DNA from: Escherichia phage T4_ev151
DNA: 64,000 bases
Strand: one strand, 5' to 3'
Sequence record: LR597660
In this document: in pieces, positions 20,232-30,596 of the stretch
Numbering within the stretch: position 1 is the first letter of the stretch
Layout of the letters: each line of letters begins with the position of its first letter
The notes under the pieces: model-generated
Databases searched by the model: none
Seen by the model: only the letters and a program-made list of their open reading frames with translations
What the model was told of the DNA's origin: nothing
Program-made: the position numbers and the translations under genes

Positions 20232-21387
20232 TTAACTGATCTAGGTCAGTTTCTAAATCAGCTGCTGATTTACTTTTACTTTCTGGAGATTTAAATTTTT
20301 CAACCTTTGAGTTAATCAATTCATCAACTTCAGCTTCAACAATTTCATTACTATCAATAGCACCTAACTGATAAGCACGTTTAATAGCATCTCGGAATGG
20401 TTGATGCTTAAATAAAGGACCCCAGAATGTAGTGCAATTGGTATCTTTTGCACGCCAAGATTTTTCTTCGCGAATCATCTCGCCGGTTTCTTCATCAAGA
20501 AATTCACGAGCATACCAGCCATTTTTAGGTTTTACCACAAATCCTAATTCAAGAGCCATATCTAACAATCCAGAATAAGGATCGATGCCACCGTCAAATT
20601 TAACATCAATAAAGAATTTACTTTTTTCTTTAACGGTACGAGATTTTTCTACATTTAGAACAAATTGATACCCCTGAAGATCAGAACCATCTTTAATCTG
20701 GCGCTTACCGATAATGAATACAGTATCAGCCGAATACATTACGCCTGTACCACCTGTCATCACGGTTTTACTAAACATTTCAATTGTTTCAATTGTATGG
20801 TTAACCGCAACACATGGAATGTTTTTAATACTAAAATAAGGAGTAACAATACGGAATAATGACTTCAGTGATTTAGCACGAGTCATATCTGCCACAGATT
20901 TTTCATTCAAGGCATCTTCCGTTTCTTTCTTAGAAGCCATATTACCAATTGAGTCGATGAATACTATAACCTTTTCACCACGCTCAATAGCTTCAAGCTG
21001 ATTCACCATATCAATTTTCAGCTGTTCAACTGATTGAATTGGCGTATGAATTACACGTTCCGGGTCAACTCCCATGGATCGCAAATAAGCTGGAGTAATA
21101 CCAAATTCGCTATCATAGAATAGACAAACCGCGTCAGGATATTTGTTCAAATATGCCGCAACCATAGTCAAAGACATATTTGATTTAAAGTGTTTAGAAG
21201 GCCCTGCGAAAATAGTTAAACCAGACTGCATACCGCCATCAATCGCACCAGAAATAGCAATATTAAGCATTGGAATTTTTGTACGAATTACATCCTTTTC
21301 ATTAAAGAATTTAGATGTAGTCAGTTCAGCAGTCATTTTAGAAGTGGAAGCTTTAATCAAACGGGATTTTAAATCTGCAATAGACAT
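20206..21387 (-). CDS. uvsX: UvsX recombinase (RecA-like)
   Basis: 393 aa; Walker A GPSKHFKS; acidic C-terminal tail. Confidence 0.9.
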   Translation of the reverse strand: MSIADLKSRLIKASTSKMTAELTTSKFFNEKDVIRTKIPMLNIAISGAIDGGMQSGLTIFAGPSKHFKSNMSLTMVAAYLNKYPDAVCLFYDSEFGITPAYLRSMGVDPERVIHTPIQSVEQLKIDMVNQLEAIERGEKVIVFIDSIGNMASKKETEDALNEKSVADMTRAKSLKSLFRIVTPYFSIKNIPCVAVNHTIETIEMFSKTVMTGGTGVMYSADTVFIIGKRQIKDGSDLQGYQFVLNVEKSRTVKEKSKFFIDVKFDGGIDPYSGLLDMALELGFVVKPKNGWYAREFLDEETGEMIREEKSWRAKDTNCTTFWGPLFKHQPFRDAIKRAYQLGAIDSNEIVEAEVDELINSKVEKFKSPESKSKSAADLETDLDQLSDMEEFNE

Positions 21388-21464
21388 TCATTTTTTCCAT
21401 AGGCATCATTATATTTTCCTCACTGGTTAAAGATAGAGTAATTATAACACAATAAATTTAGGCA

Positions 21465-22313
21465 TTAATCAACTGCTATTGGATGAATAGCATTAAACTT
21501 ATGAAATGCTTCTGATTTTTCTTTACGCGAAACGCACATGCGAAGAACCTTTAATGGCTCGTCTTCTTCACCCAACGATTTTCGTTTTTCAATATTAGAA
21601 GTTTTCCAACGAGCTTGCTCTGGAAACTCTCTATTGATTTGCTCAAGCGCTCTATTATGTTTAGAATTACTACGAATTGAACTACACCCGCCAGGAGCTT
21701 GTGCTTTTCCAGATACAACTAGATATTTGAACAAGGCCAAATGCGGATAACCTTGATTAATTAAATTGAGAAATGCATACATATCTTCGCATAAATCAAT
21801 TTTTCCATACCCAATTTGTTCTGTCGTAAGTTTTCCGAGGTCATACCATGTATTCGTGAATCCATATGAATTTTCACGATAATTACCCCAAGATGAAGTA
21901 ATTTTAAAAATTGGTAGACGAGCATGGCCATGATAATATCCGCAATCCATGGCATCCTCAACATATTGAATCAATTCATAGAACTGTTCACGAGTTAATT
22001 GATTAATTTTATCTACGCGCCGTTTATCGTCTCTCTTTCGTATTGAACTCATACGGATAGTAGTATCATCGTCAATCATCCAGATTCGTTGACCTGCATA
22101 CATATCAGTAATTGCTTTACGAGTACCGGCAATTCCGTTTACATCATCAGGAATAGTTATAATTTTAGCTCTAGACCCATAGGCATCATAATAAGCTTTT
22201 TCTTCGTGTTCACGCACTACAATATGGGGTTCATAATCAGTCGGAAACATATCAAGGGCAGAAACTGCCCCTACACGTTGATAGCTTGGAATTACGAATT
22301 GAATCATTTCCAC
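21465..22313 (-). CDS. DxD-motif glycosyltransferase at the beta-gt locus
   Basis: 282 aa; WMIDDDTT DxD motif; sits between uvsX and 42; does not resemble T4 beta-gt N-terminus. Confidence 0.5.
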   Translation of the reverse strand: MEMIQFVIPSYQRVGAVSALDMFPTDYEPHIVVREHEEKAYYDAYGSRAKIITIPDDVNGIAGTRKAITDMYAGQRIWMIDDDTTIRMSSIRKRDDKRRVDKINQLTREQFYELIQYVEDAMDCGYYHGHARLPIFKITSSWGNYRENSYGFTNTWYDLGKLTTEQIGYGKIDLCEDMYAFLNLINQGYPHLALFKYLVVSGKAQAPGGCSSIRSNSKHNRALEQINREFPEQARWKTSNIEKRKSLGEEDEPLKVLRMCVSRKEKSEAFHKFNAIHPIAVD

Positions 22314-23044
22314 TCACCGTTATAATCTTTTTTCACAATATGAGTTTCACCAGTGTTCCACCAATGGTCAACTAAATAAAACTGATTTTCGTACACATGA
22401 AGACTTCCAACGTTCCATATAATAGAACCTGCTTTATATTGCCGCGATGGGTCGCCTGCATTCAAATCAGATACTAATTTATCTAGTACGTATTTTTGCC
22501 ATGCATAATCATTACGATAGCCTGCCCAGCAGTCATTGCTTCTCATATTAACAACTGCATTGACTTTCTTATCACGAATCAGGTACTGTACTGTATTAGT
22601 ACACATGAAATCTGACATACCATCTTTATTGTAGTCAAATTGCATGGATGGACGAGTATAAATCATGATACCACGTCGAGAATCAGGATTTTGACCAAGT
22701 TCAGCTAAACACATATCATACTGGGCATAGTTATCTTCTGACCAGATAGCCCAACCATAATTCGAGTTAATTTCACCTTTAGAAGATGCTACCTGCTGCC
22801 AAATCTTCGGTGTTTCACCTGGAATATCTTTAACAAACAGACTTTGAGACTTATACCATTCAAGTTCACGCTGAATGTATTCATCATTAAGAGCGCCAAA
22901 AATAAACGGTTCATCTGCTACAAATGATGCGCCAATAATTTCAATAGTTTTAACACCAGTTTTATCAATTACGAAATCTTTTTCCTTTAATGCAATTCCC
23001 AAATGAAGACGGATTTCTTCAACTGTCATAGAGTCACTAATCAT
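22304..23044 (-). CDS. 42: dCMP hydroxymethylase
   Basis: 246 aa; thymidylate-synthase-like fold. Confidence 0.9.
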   Translation of the reverse strand: MISDSMTVEEIRLHLGIALKEKDFVIDKTGVKTIEIIGASFVADEPFIFGALNDEYIQRELEWYKSQSLFVKDIPGETPKIWQQVASSKGEINSNYGWAIWSEDNYAQYDMCLAELGQNPDSRRGIMIYTRPSMQFDYNKDGMSDFMCTNTVQYLIRDKKVNAVVNMRSNDCWAGYRNDYAWQKYVLDKLVSDLNAGDPSRQYKAGSIIWNVGSLHVYENQFYLVDHWWNTGETHIVKKDYNGEWK

Positions 23045-23197
23045 TTAAACCTCAATTGATACATTCATATTTAACTTGTAACAGTAATAAACCCCAACCT
23101 AAAATAATAGTTGGAATCATAAGAGGAACCGTTACACTATAGTATATACTTATTATAATCATCAAGATTAAAAGCAACACTGTTATAATTTTGCTTT

Positions 23198-23449
23198 TCA
23201 TTCCTTCTCTCTGATGATAATTACCTGATTTGGTTGTGCAGACTTTTTAGTTTCACCCGCAATTGACCAAATAAATGTAATAAACCAACCAATAATTGAC
23301 CAGTTAAACAGTAAAGATGTGAAAAAGATTCCTACTGTCGATTTTGACCCACGCATCAAAGCAATAAACCATGGAAGCATGTATATAATAATAGCCAACA
23401 CACCTGAAACTAAAACCATAAAAATTGAACCTGCTACTAAAGTTTCCAT
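23198..23449 (-). CDS. imm: superinfection immunity membrane protein Imm
   Basis: 83 aa, two TM helices. Confidence 0.65.
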   Translation of the reverse strand: METLVAGSIFMVLVSGVLAIIIYMLPWFIALMRGSKSTVGIFFTSLLFNWSIIGWFITFIWSIAGETKKSAQPNQVIIIREKE

Positions 23450-23456
23450 ATTTTCC

Positions 23457-23837
23457 TCACTTAGTCAAATTTTTTACGCATGAATTATAAGAATTCACTA
23501 CATACTCCATCGGAGCATTTTTACCAGTACGCCATTGGTAATTATTGGCCCAATTAGCCCAAAGCTCGGCGCAGTAGTTTTCAATTTTTTCTTCGCGTGT
23601 AATTACATCCGAATTACGATATGCTTGAGCAGATTCATCTGGACGAATAGCTTCGTCAAAATTCGCCTGCATTTGTTCGACTGTTTGCTTTGGAGCTTCT
23701 TTATAACACTTGACATTAGGATTATAAAATTTGCTTGAACAGTTTACAATTTTTCCTGCATCAGACTGATTTACTACCGGTCCTTGAGCTACACAACCAG
23801 TAAGACCTAATGCAATAACCAAAATAGCGATTTTCAT
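23457..23837 (-). CDS. putative lipoprotein
   Basis: 126 aa; signal peptide with lipobox LTGC. Confidence 0.45.
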   Translation of the reverse strand: MKIAILVIALGLTGCVAQGPVVNQSDAGKIVNCSSKFYNPNVKCYKEAPKQTVEQMQANFDEAIRPDESAQAYRNSDVITREEKIENYCAELWANWANNYQWRTGKNAPMEYVVNSYNSCVKNLTK

Positions 23838-23847
23838 AATAATTTCC

Positions 23848-24096
23848 TCAAATGCAAGTAGTAATTACTCCAGTAGTGCTTATGCAGGTATTACCCATTT
23901 GCACACCTAAAGATCCATTTGTATTCACATGAAGATTATCATCAATTTTAACTGATATTTTACCATTAGTGTGAATAACAGTGCTAGATTCAATCACAGG
24001 TTGAGTATCATTTTCAACACTAACAAATGGAACTGCTGTTAATGCAACTAAACAAACTGCTAAGCATCCCATAACAATTTTCATTTTATTCTCCAA
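23848..24096 (-). CDS. small secreted protein
   Basis: 82 aa with signal peptide. Confidence 0.4.
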   Translation of the reverse strand: MENKMKIVMGCLAVCLVALTAVPFVSVENDTQPVIESSTVIHTNGKISVKIDDNLHVNTNGSLGVQMGNTCISTTGVITTCI

Positions 24097-24120
24097 ATCT
24101 GTATCAGTAGTTGATAGTTG

Positions 24121-24150
24121 TATAGTACCATGGAAGAACAGTCTTGTAAA
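24121..24150 (-). promoter_or_regulatory. early promoter with conserved stem-loop leader (PeSL-like cassette)
   Basis: gtaaac 24145-24150, -10 TACTAT; transcribed tatcagtagttgata inverted repeat at 24101-24115. Confidence 0.55.
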
Positions 24151-24238
24151 CAGTTTTGTGAAAATTTTTTAGGGAATTCTAAAGGTCCAGAATCATCTGT
24201 TTTTCATAAGTATAGATTTATATTACTTGTATGAAAAA

Positions 24239-24256
24239 GGGACCCGGAGGTCCCTA
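24239..24256 (-). terminator. rho-independent terminator after gene 43
   Basis: gggacccggaggtccc hairpin followed by T5 on minus strand. Confidence 0.6.
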
Positions 24257-24267
24257 GATTTATTCTA

Positions 24268-26964
24268 TCAGCCAAACAGGAAGTCTAACGAAGCTTTTTC
24301 TTCATAGTCCATACCAGCCGATTCACACATACCCGCAAGCGGTTTAACAAACGATTTTTGGAACAAAGTTGAGTAGTCAATCCAAGATAGTACATCAGAA
24401 CGAATTTCTTTTGGAAGTTCTGTGCCCGACGGCCAAGCAATGCACTTGTCACCAAATGGATTTCCTTCACGTAATGGAAGAACCATTACTTTATTTCCAT
24501 CCAAAATTGGAGCTACACCTAAACCGCTAACAGCTCGACGATAAGTTAGCACACCACGAATATGGAACGGACATTTAAATCCTGGCCAACCTTTATCATC
24601 ATATTTCGCTATATCGTTCGCAGTTTTTACTTCAGCAATAACTTTATAGTCAAGTTGACGATATTCTTTCTCGAAGTTCTTGTAATATTCTTGGACAGAC
24701 TCTTCACCTTCCTGAAGAATACGACGAATACTTTCTTCGAGAGCTTCTTGGACCGCTTTAGGCGTTGAACTCTGCTGAGTTTCCATACCCATGATTTTTA
24801 GATGTGGTTCAGCAAAACGCTTATCTTCCATATCATAAACGTTCAGAGCATAACGCTTTTTCGCTTTCCAAAATCCACCAACGCCCTTTGAACCAAGTGG
24901 AGGGCAAGAAATAGCTTCACGGTCCATATGCATCAGATGCTCGCGGTTATTCATATAATCACATAACTCACGATATGCAACATCAATCATAGGTTCCATC
25001 TTTTTCTTACCGAACTGATTCATGAATTCAACCAAATCGTTCTGCTCTTTGAATCGGTCAAGACCAACTTTTTCAATAACTTTATCTACACAAACATATA
25101 CTGAATCAGTATCACCTGCTGCAATGAAATCTTCACCATTAGTTCCGCATACTTTATTCAGATATTCATTAATTTTACGAGCAATCCACTGAATACCGAC
25201 TTGACCAAAAATTGTGATAGCAGTAGCATTTCGCAAATCATAGTAACGGAAATGAATATTACCAAGAGCACCGTAAAGACTGTTAATAAGAATTTTACGG
25301 TTCAGCTGATTTGTGTTAGCAAGTGTAGCTGCTTTTTCACATTCCTCAATCAGACTATTGAGAACAGATTCAGTATAATTCGATAGCTCATTTAAGAAAT
25401 CATCACTGAACTTAACATATCGTTCAACTTCTGGTTTAGTTGAACAGGACCCTGCGCCTTTCATAATAATCTTTTTAATAGCTTCGGCATTCATTTCTTC
25501 AGCGAACATTTTCTTTTTCCAATCTTTACGCTGGAAAAATACTTTAGCGATTTCCTTTGGAATGATACCTTCTTGATGCTTATCATACATCCATCCATTC
25601 GGAGAACAAGAATATTCATCACTCGGTTTAGGAGCTGTTCCTGCGATATATTCATGAATTGGATGAACTTTAAACTGACCACGAATAGTCTCAGGACTAA
25701 TGTTAACCTGACGAATAATGCTCGGATACAGAGACGTCAAGTCAAAACTCATAATATATCGACGAGCAATTGGTTTAGGTTCAAATACAAATGCACCCGG
25801 AAAACTTTGTTTAACGTGCGAACCTTGTTGAGGAATAACCTTATGTTCACCTTTCAGTGAGTTAAAAATAATAGCATCCCAAGTTTTAATAGGACTCATT
25901 ACACCAGAAAAAGGCATTTTAGCATAATAAGACATACTTAAAACTAGATCGATAAACCCGCGAATTTTATCAATTGCTTGAACTGATTCTACGTCAATGA
26001 TGTTATAACTAATGTATCGTTGATGATTAGTCTCACGAAGTTTATTAATAGGACCATCATACGGTAATTTACCTTTTTTGGTTTCATGTTGAGCAACTGA
26101 TTCCAAAGAGAATGACGGCAAATTAGTAAAAGCGAATTTCTTGTACAAATCTAAATAATCAAGAATAGATACGCCATCAATAGAATAAATTTCTTTGCTA
26201 CCGTACATATTTTGAATTAGTTTAGATTTTACTCGACCGATTGGAGAGAAGCGTTTCATACTACGTTCACCGAGAACCATTTTAACACGATTCATGATAT
26301 ACGGAACGTCAAATCCCTCAATATTCCAACCGGTAAAAATAGCAGGTCGTTTCTGTTCCCAGAGATTAATATATTCCATGAGCATATCACGCTCATTATC
26401 AAATGGCATATAAATTACTCGGTCAAGAATTTCTTGAGGAACTTCATCACCACCTTCACAGTCAAGCTTAGCAGCTAACTTTGCATCCCATTTTGATACT
26501 GAACCGTACATTGAATTCAAAAGGTCGAAAACATAAAAACGATCGTCAATTGAATCGTAATGAGTGATAGCATCAATTTCATATTCAGCTTTCATTGGGT
26601 CAGGAAATTTATCACCAGTAACCTCAATGTCACAGTTAGCTACACGAACAAATTTTCGGTCATAAACAATTTCTGAACCATATGTATCACTGATATAAGC
26701 GAGTTTAAAATCGTTCATACCGAGAGCTTCGAGACCGATGTCTTCCATTCGTTTCATCCAATCTCGAGCATCTTTCATTGATGGAAATTTTTGAGGAGCG
26801 CAGTTTTTACCATAGATGTCTTTGTACTTTGACTCTTCCTTACAATGCCTAAACATAGTCGGAAGATATTCTACTTCACGAGTACGTTCCTTTCCGTTTT
26901 CATCAATATAACGTTCAACAATGTTATTTCCGACTGTTTCAATAGAGATATAAAATTCTTTCAT
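24268..26964 (-). CDS. 43: DNA polymerase (family B)
   Basis: 898 aa; exonuclease and polymerase motifs. Confidence 0.95.
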   Translation of the reverse strand: MKEFYISIETVGNNIVERYIDENGKERTREVEYLPTMFRHCKEESKYKDIYGKNCAPQKFPSMKDARDWMKRMEDIGLEALGMNDFKLAYISDTYGSEIVYDRKFVRVANCDIEVTGDKFPDPMKAEYEIDAITHYDSIDDRFYVFDLLNSMYGSVSKWDAKLAAKLDCEGGDEVPQEILDRVIYMPFDNERDMLMEYINLWEQKRPAIFTGWNIEGFDVPYIMNRVKMVLGERSMKRFSPIGRVKSKLIQNMYGSKEIYSIDGVSILDYLDLYKKFAFTNLPSFSLESVAQHETKKGKLPYDGPINKLRETNHQRYISYNIIDVESVQAIDKIRGFIDLVLSMSYYAKMPFSGVMSPIKTWDAIIFNSLKGEHKVIPQQGSHVKQSFPGAFVFEPKPIARRYIMSFDLTSLYPSIIRQVNISPETIRGQFKVHPIHEYIAGTAPKPSDEYSCSPNGWMYDKHQEGIIPKEIAKVFFQRKDWKKKMFAEEMNAEAIKKIIMKGAGSCSTKPEVERYVKFSDDFLNELSNYTESVLNSLIEECEKAATLANTNQLNRKILINSLYGALGNIHFRYYDLRNATAITIFGQVGIQWIARKINEYLNKVCGTNGEDFIAAGDTDSVYVCVDKVIEKVGLDRFKEQNDLVEFMNQFGKKKMEPMIDVAYRELCDYMNNREHLMHMDREAISCPPLGSKGVGGFWKAKKRYALNVYDMEDKRFAEPHLKIMGMETQQSSTPKAVQEALEESIRRILQEGEESVQEYYKNFEKEYRQLDYKVIAEVKTANDIAKYDDKGWPGFKCPFHIRGVLTYRRAVSGLGVAPILDGNKVMVLPLREGNPFGDKCIAWPSGTELPKEIRSDVLSWIDYSTLFQKSFVKPLAGMCESAGMDYEEKASLDFLFG

Positions 26965-27004
26965 AGATATTCCTTAGTTTATAGCCCGAGTTATTAGGCT
27001 CTTG
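26965..27004 (-). promoter_or_regulatory. gene 43 translational operator (RNA hairpin plus RBS)
   Basis: minus-strand GAGCCUAAUAACUCGGGCUAUAAACUAAGGAAUAUCUAUG directly upstream of the gene 43 AUG. Confidence 0.55.
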
Positions 27005-27020
27005 ATATATTATACTCCAA

Positions 27021-27036
27021 ATAAGGGGCCGAAGCC
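27021..27036 (-). terminator. GC hairpin (UUCG loop) upstream of gene 43
   Basis: aaggggccgaagcccctt. Confidence 0.4.
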
Positions 27037-27042
27037 CCTTGC

Positions 27043-27264
27043 TTAAATTAGTACTATTTGTCGGTGAAAAATTGTCATTCCATCTGCATTAATTGATTTA
27101 ACGACTGCGGTAAAGTGTTTTTGTTCTGGATGAATTAATTTTTGAAATTCTACCTGAAATTTTAGTTGAAGGTTTTCTGGTAAATCAAAAAGTGTTTCTG
27201 TTGCAGAAAGATTATATTTTTCTTTAAGAGACGCCATGTATTCTTGCGGAGTTATAGCAGTCAT
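27043..27264 (-). CDS. small hypothetical protein
   Basis: track ORF 27043-27306 overlaps regA; likely starts at internal Met. Confidence 0.3.
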   Translation of the reverse strand: MTAITPQEYMASLKEKYNLSATETLFDLPENLQLKFQVEFQKLIHPEQKHFTAVVKSINADGMTIFHRQIVLI

Positions 27265-27265
27265 A

Positions 27266-27634
27266 TTAATTACCAATCGTATATTTAGGAACGAGTTTCC
27301 ATTCATGTTTTTGTTTAAAAGAAATAACTCGGAAGTTATTAGTTAAATCTTTCATAAAAGTTCTTTGACCAGGAACGATTTCAATCAGTCCCCAATCTTC
27401 TAACAACCATGCAATCGAATCACGACGAACTTCATCTTCTTCTGTCATTTCAACTTGGCGACCATCCATACGAAGCATTTCTTTAAAATGGACGATATAG
27501 TATAGTCCTTTTTTCTGAAGAATATGACAGGACTGATACAGAACTTTATCTTTATTATTAGCAATTCCCATACGAGTCAAAGTTTCTTTTACTTTCAGAA
27601 AATCTTCAGGTTTTTTAAGAGTAATTTCAATCAT
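27266..27634 (-). CDS. regA: translational repressor RegA
   Basis: 122 aa. Confidence 0.85.
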   Translation of the reverse strand: MIEITLKKPEDFLKVKETLTRMGIANNKDKVLYQSCHILQKKGLYYIVHFKEMLRMDGRQVEMTEEDEVRRDSIAWLLEDWGLIEIVPGQRTFMKDLTNNFRVISFKQKHEWKLVPKYTIGN

Positions 27635-27635
27635 T

Positions 27636-28199
27636 TTACCATTCCAATGTTAGTTTTTTGAGTTGTTTCTGTTCTTTTACGTTCTTAGTCACTTCTTTCA
27701 AAAAATCATCCGTGACTAAACCTTTTAGTTCTTTTAATACTAAAGGAAGTTTTCCATTTTTAGTAAGAATTGATTTATAGTTAATTGCATCATTTGTATT
27801 AACTTGATACCGCTTAGCAAGTAACTTAATAATCAATACTTCGGTGGAATCTTCAACCAGTTTTGCCCATTTACCATATCTTTTACCACGAGGAACTGCA
27901 GCCATTAGATAATTAAAATGAGCTTCATCACTTAAGCCTGATCCAATTAAATTCATAGCATATACAGCTGGCATGCACTCTGGAAATTGTGATAATGCAT
28001 TTTCAACCATGAATTTTGAATAATCTTTTTGAGCAATAGAGCATTTAGTTTTATTATTAATAGCTCCAATTATTTCAAAAAATTCATTTTCAGCTTTTTC
28101 TTTAAAAGTATCAGCAGCAGATTGGACAGCTGTCCAATCTTTAGAATACCAAGCAACTTGATGCTCGTTTAATTGAATATCATCTTCAAATAAGCTCAT
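27636..28199 (-). CDS. 62: clamp loader small subunit
   Basis: 187 aa. Confidence 0.85.
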   Translation of the reverse strand: MSLFEDDIQLNEHQVAWYSKDWTAVQSAADTFKEKAENEFFEIIGAINNKTKCSIAQKDYSKFMVENALSQFPECMPAVYAMNLIGSGLSDEAHFNYLMAAVPRGKRYGKWAKLVEDSTEVLIIKLLAKRYQVNTNDAINYKSILTKNGKLPLVLKELKGLVTDDFLKEVTKNVKEQKQLKKLTLEW

Positions 28200-28200
28200 A

Positions 28201-29160
28201 TCACTTCCACTGCATTTCGCATGCTAATTGAATGAAAAGATAAGCTAAATGCAATTCAGTATTAGCTGCAATACCATGATACTGATTATTTTCGCCGACA
28301 ATTTCGTACATACGAATAATACTCTGTGGTGTTACACGTGAATAGATTTCTTCGGCAAGTTTACCCACGAACCACGAATAATCAGCCGCATATTTTGGTG
28401 CTAAAGCTCTGAGTTGTTTAACATCTTTATTTTTGAGAGACTCAAGAACATCATCAATAGCACCACGATCGTTAGTAACCAGTGATAAAATACCAGCATC
28501 CAAAACACCTTTAGATGAATAACTATCGAGCTCGCCAATAGTTTTACGAAAATCAGGAAAATTCTTTTTAACCAAAGCTGCTACAACTTTCATATCAGCT
28601 ATAGCAATTCCTTCATGCTTACAGATTTCAGTCAATCGACGAATCATCTGCTTCATCATTTCAATTTTATCTTCATCGGTCGGTTGACCGAATGTAATAA
28701 CTCGGCAGCGTGACTGAAGAGGTTTAATAATACCATCAATATTGTTAGCAGTAATAATAATACTACAGTTTGAACTATAAGCTTCCATAAAGGAACGAAG
28801 ATGTCGCTGAGACTCTGCTAATCCTGAACGGTCAAATTCATCAATAACGATTACTTTTTGACGACCATCAAATGAAGCTGCACTGGCAAAATTAGTCAAA
28901 GGACCACGAACGAAATCAATTTTACAGTCTGATCCATTCACAAACATCATATCAGCATTTACATCATGACACAATGCTTTTGCTACAGTTGTTTTACCTG
29001 TTCCTGGAGAAGGAGAATGAAGAATAATATGTGGAATCTTACCTTTACTTGTAATAGATTTAAAGGTTTCTTTATCAAAGGCGGGAAGAATACATTCATC
29101 GATAGTAGATGGACGATATTTCTGTTCAAGAATGTGTTCTTTTTCATTTACGGTAATCAT
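28201..29160 (-). CDS. 44: clamp loader ATPase subunit
   Basis: Walker A SPGTGKT; start at MITVNEKEH. Confidence 0.9.
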
Positions 29161-29195
29161 AATTTCCTCATTCAAGTTTTAGTGTAAATTATAAA

Positions 29196-29208
29196 GGGCC
29201 GAAGCCCT
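29196..29208 (-). terminator. intercistronic hairpin between 45 and 44
   Basis: agggccgaagccct (UUCG loop). Confidence 0.4.
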
Positions 29209-29211
29209 CTA

Positions 29212-29898
29212 TTAAAAATCGTGGGTAGAATCAGCTTCAAGAGCTACTACATAATTCGCGTGTTCACCTTCAAATTTAGCAGCACCTTGTTTACCTTTTG
29301 CCCAGAGCAGAAGTTTATAATTTCCTGGTTGCATTTTCATATTTGCCATATTGATAATGAAATTAAATGTATTTTCACCATCATAATCACCAAGAGTCAA
29401 AGAATATTTAACACGGGTCAGAGCAGAATCTTCTACTTTATTAAAACCGTTAATTACGATTTTACCTTCTTTTACCGTGATAGCAATTGTATCAATCTGC
29501 AGACCACGAGATACACGCAACAGTTGTTGAAGGTCTTCAGCTTTAATTTCAGTAACAACAGATGCTACCGGGAATGGAATTGGTTTATTAGGAGCAACTA
29601 CTGTACTCGGATCGGCTGCTGGCCAAAAAATTGTTGAACGAGCATCAGCAATTTTAATATTTCCATCTTCTGACTGGGAAATTTCTGCATCATCATTAAC
29701 TAGAGACAGAATACCGAGAAAACCGTTCAAATCGTAAATTGCTACATCAAAATCAATAACGTCAGAAATATTTGCTTCCGCATAAGTTGTACCATTAACT
29801 GCGCGAGTCATAATAAATTGACCTGATTTAAGCATAATACCAGAGTTAATAGTAGCGAAATTTTTAAGCAGAGCAGTAGTATCTTTAGACAGTTTCAT
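29212..29898 (-). CDS. 45: sliding clamp
   Basis: 228 aa. Confidence 0.9.
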   Translation of the reverse strand: MKLSKDTTALLKNFATINSGIMLKSGQFIMTRAVNGTTYAEANISDVIDFDVAIYDLNGFLGILSLVNDDAEISQSEDGNIKIADARSTIFWPAADPSTVVAPNKPIPFPVASVVTEIKAEDLQQLLRVSRGLQIDTIAITVKEGKIVINGFNKVEDSALTRVKYSLTLGDYDGENTFNFIINMANMKMQPGNYKLLLWAKGKQGAAKFEGEHANYVVALEADSTHDF

Positions 29899-29953
29899 GT
29901 AATTTCCTTCAATTCAAATGAGATTTAATTTTATAACTAATTTAATAAAGCAA

Positions 29954-30343
29954 TTAACGATTAAAATCAGCCGCAATTGTTTCCGCAACAATTTGAGCAG
30001 CAACAATTAGACGTTCATCTGCATTACCACAATAATCATCTTCAAGACGTTCACCACATGAAGTCATAATAAATTTAGCACCGGCGTTTAGGGATTCTGT
30101 AGTATGTTTGCGCATTAGTTCAATCCATTTATTACTTACTTCACGATCGATAGCTTCATAATACGCATGACGAGCAGGTGCAGATTTAATTTTGTTCTGA
30201 ATAACTTCCATTGCGTTATCAGAAAGAGACAAAACCCATGCTCGACGAATTTTATTTTGGTTTTGTGGATTTGATTCAGAACGCACGTGTTTTGGCTGAA
30301 TATCTTTTACATCAACAGTATAATTCACAGTAATTTTAGTCAT
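29954..30343 (-). CDS. rpbA: RNA polymerase-binding protein RpbA-like
   Basis: 129 aa, position between 45 and 46. Confidence 0.55.
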
Positions 30344-30352
30344 AATACACCT

Positions 30353-30541
30353 TTAGTCATAATAATCAGTAACAGTCCAAGCTTCATTTCTATTGGACAT
30401 TATTTTTGTATATTCTGCTTTAAATGCATTCCTAAGCATAGATTCAGTAACTATATGCTCTTCATTAGAAAAATTATTTCTCAGAATATATCGTTTTATT
30501 TCAGGAAAAGTTAATAAATGCTGTCCAGTTGAATATTCCAT
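30353..30541 (-). CDS. small hypothetical protein (45.2 position)
   Basis: 62-aa ORF. Confidence 0.4.
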   Translation of the reverse strand: MEYSTGQHLLTFPEIKRYILRNNFSNEEHIVTESMLRNAFKAEYTKIMSNRNEAWTVTDYYD

Positions 30542-30596
30542 GTTTTTCCTCCATAGAGATTATACTCTAATAAATTAAAGCATAATCTCTTATAAA

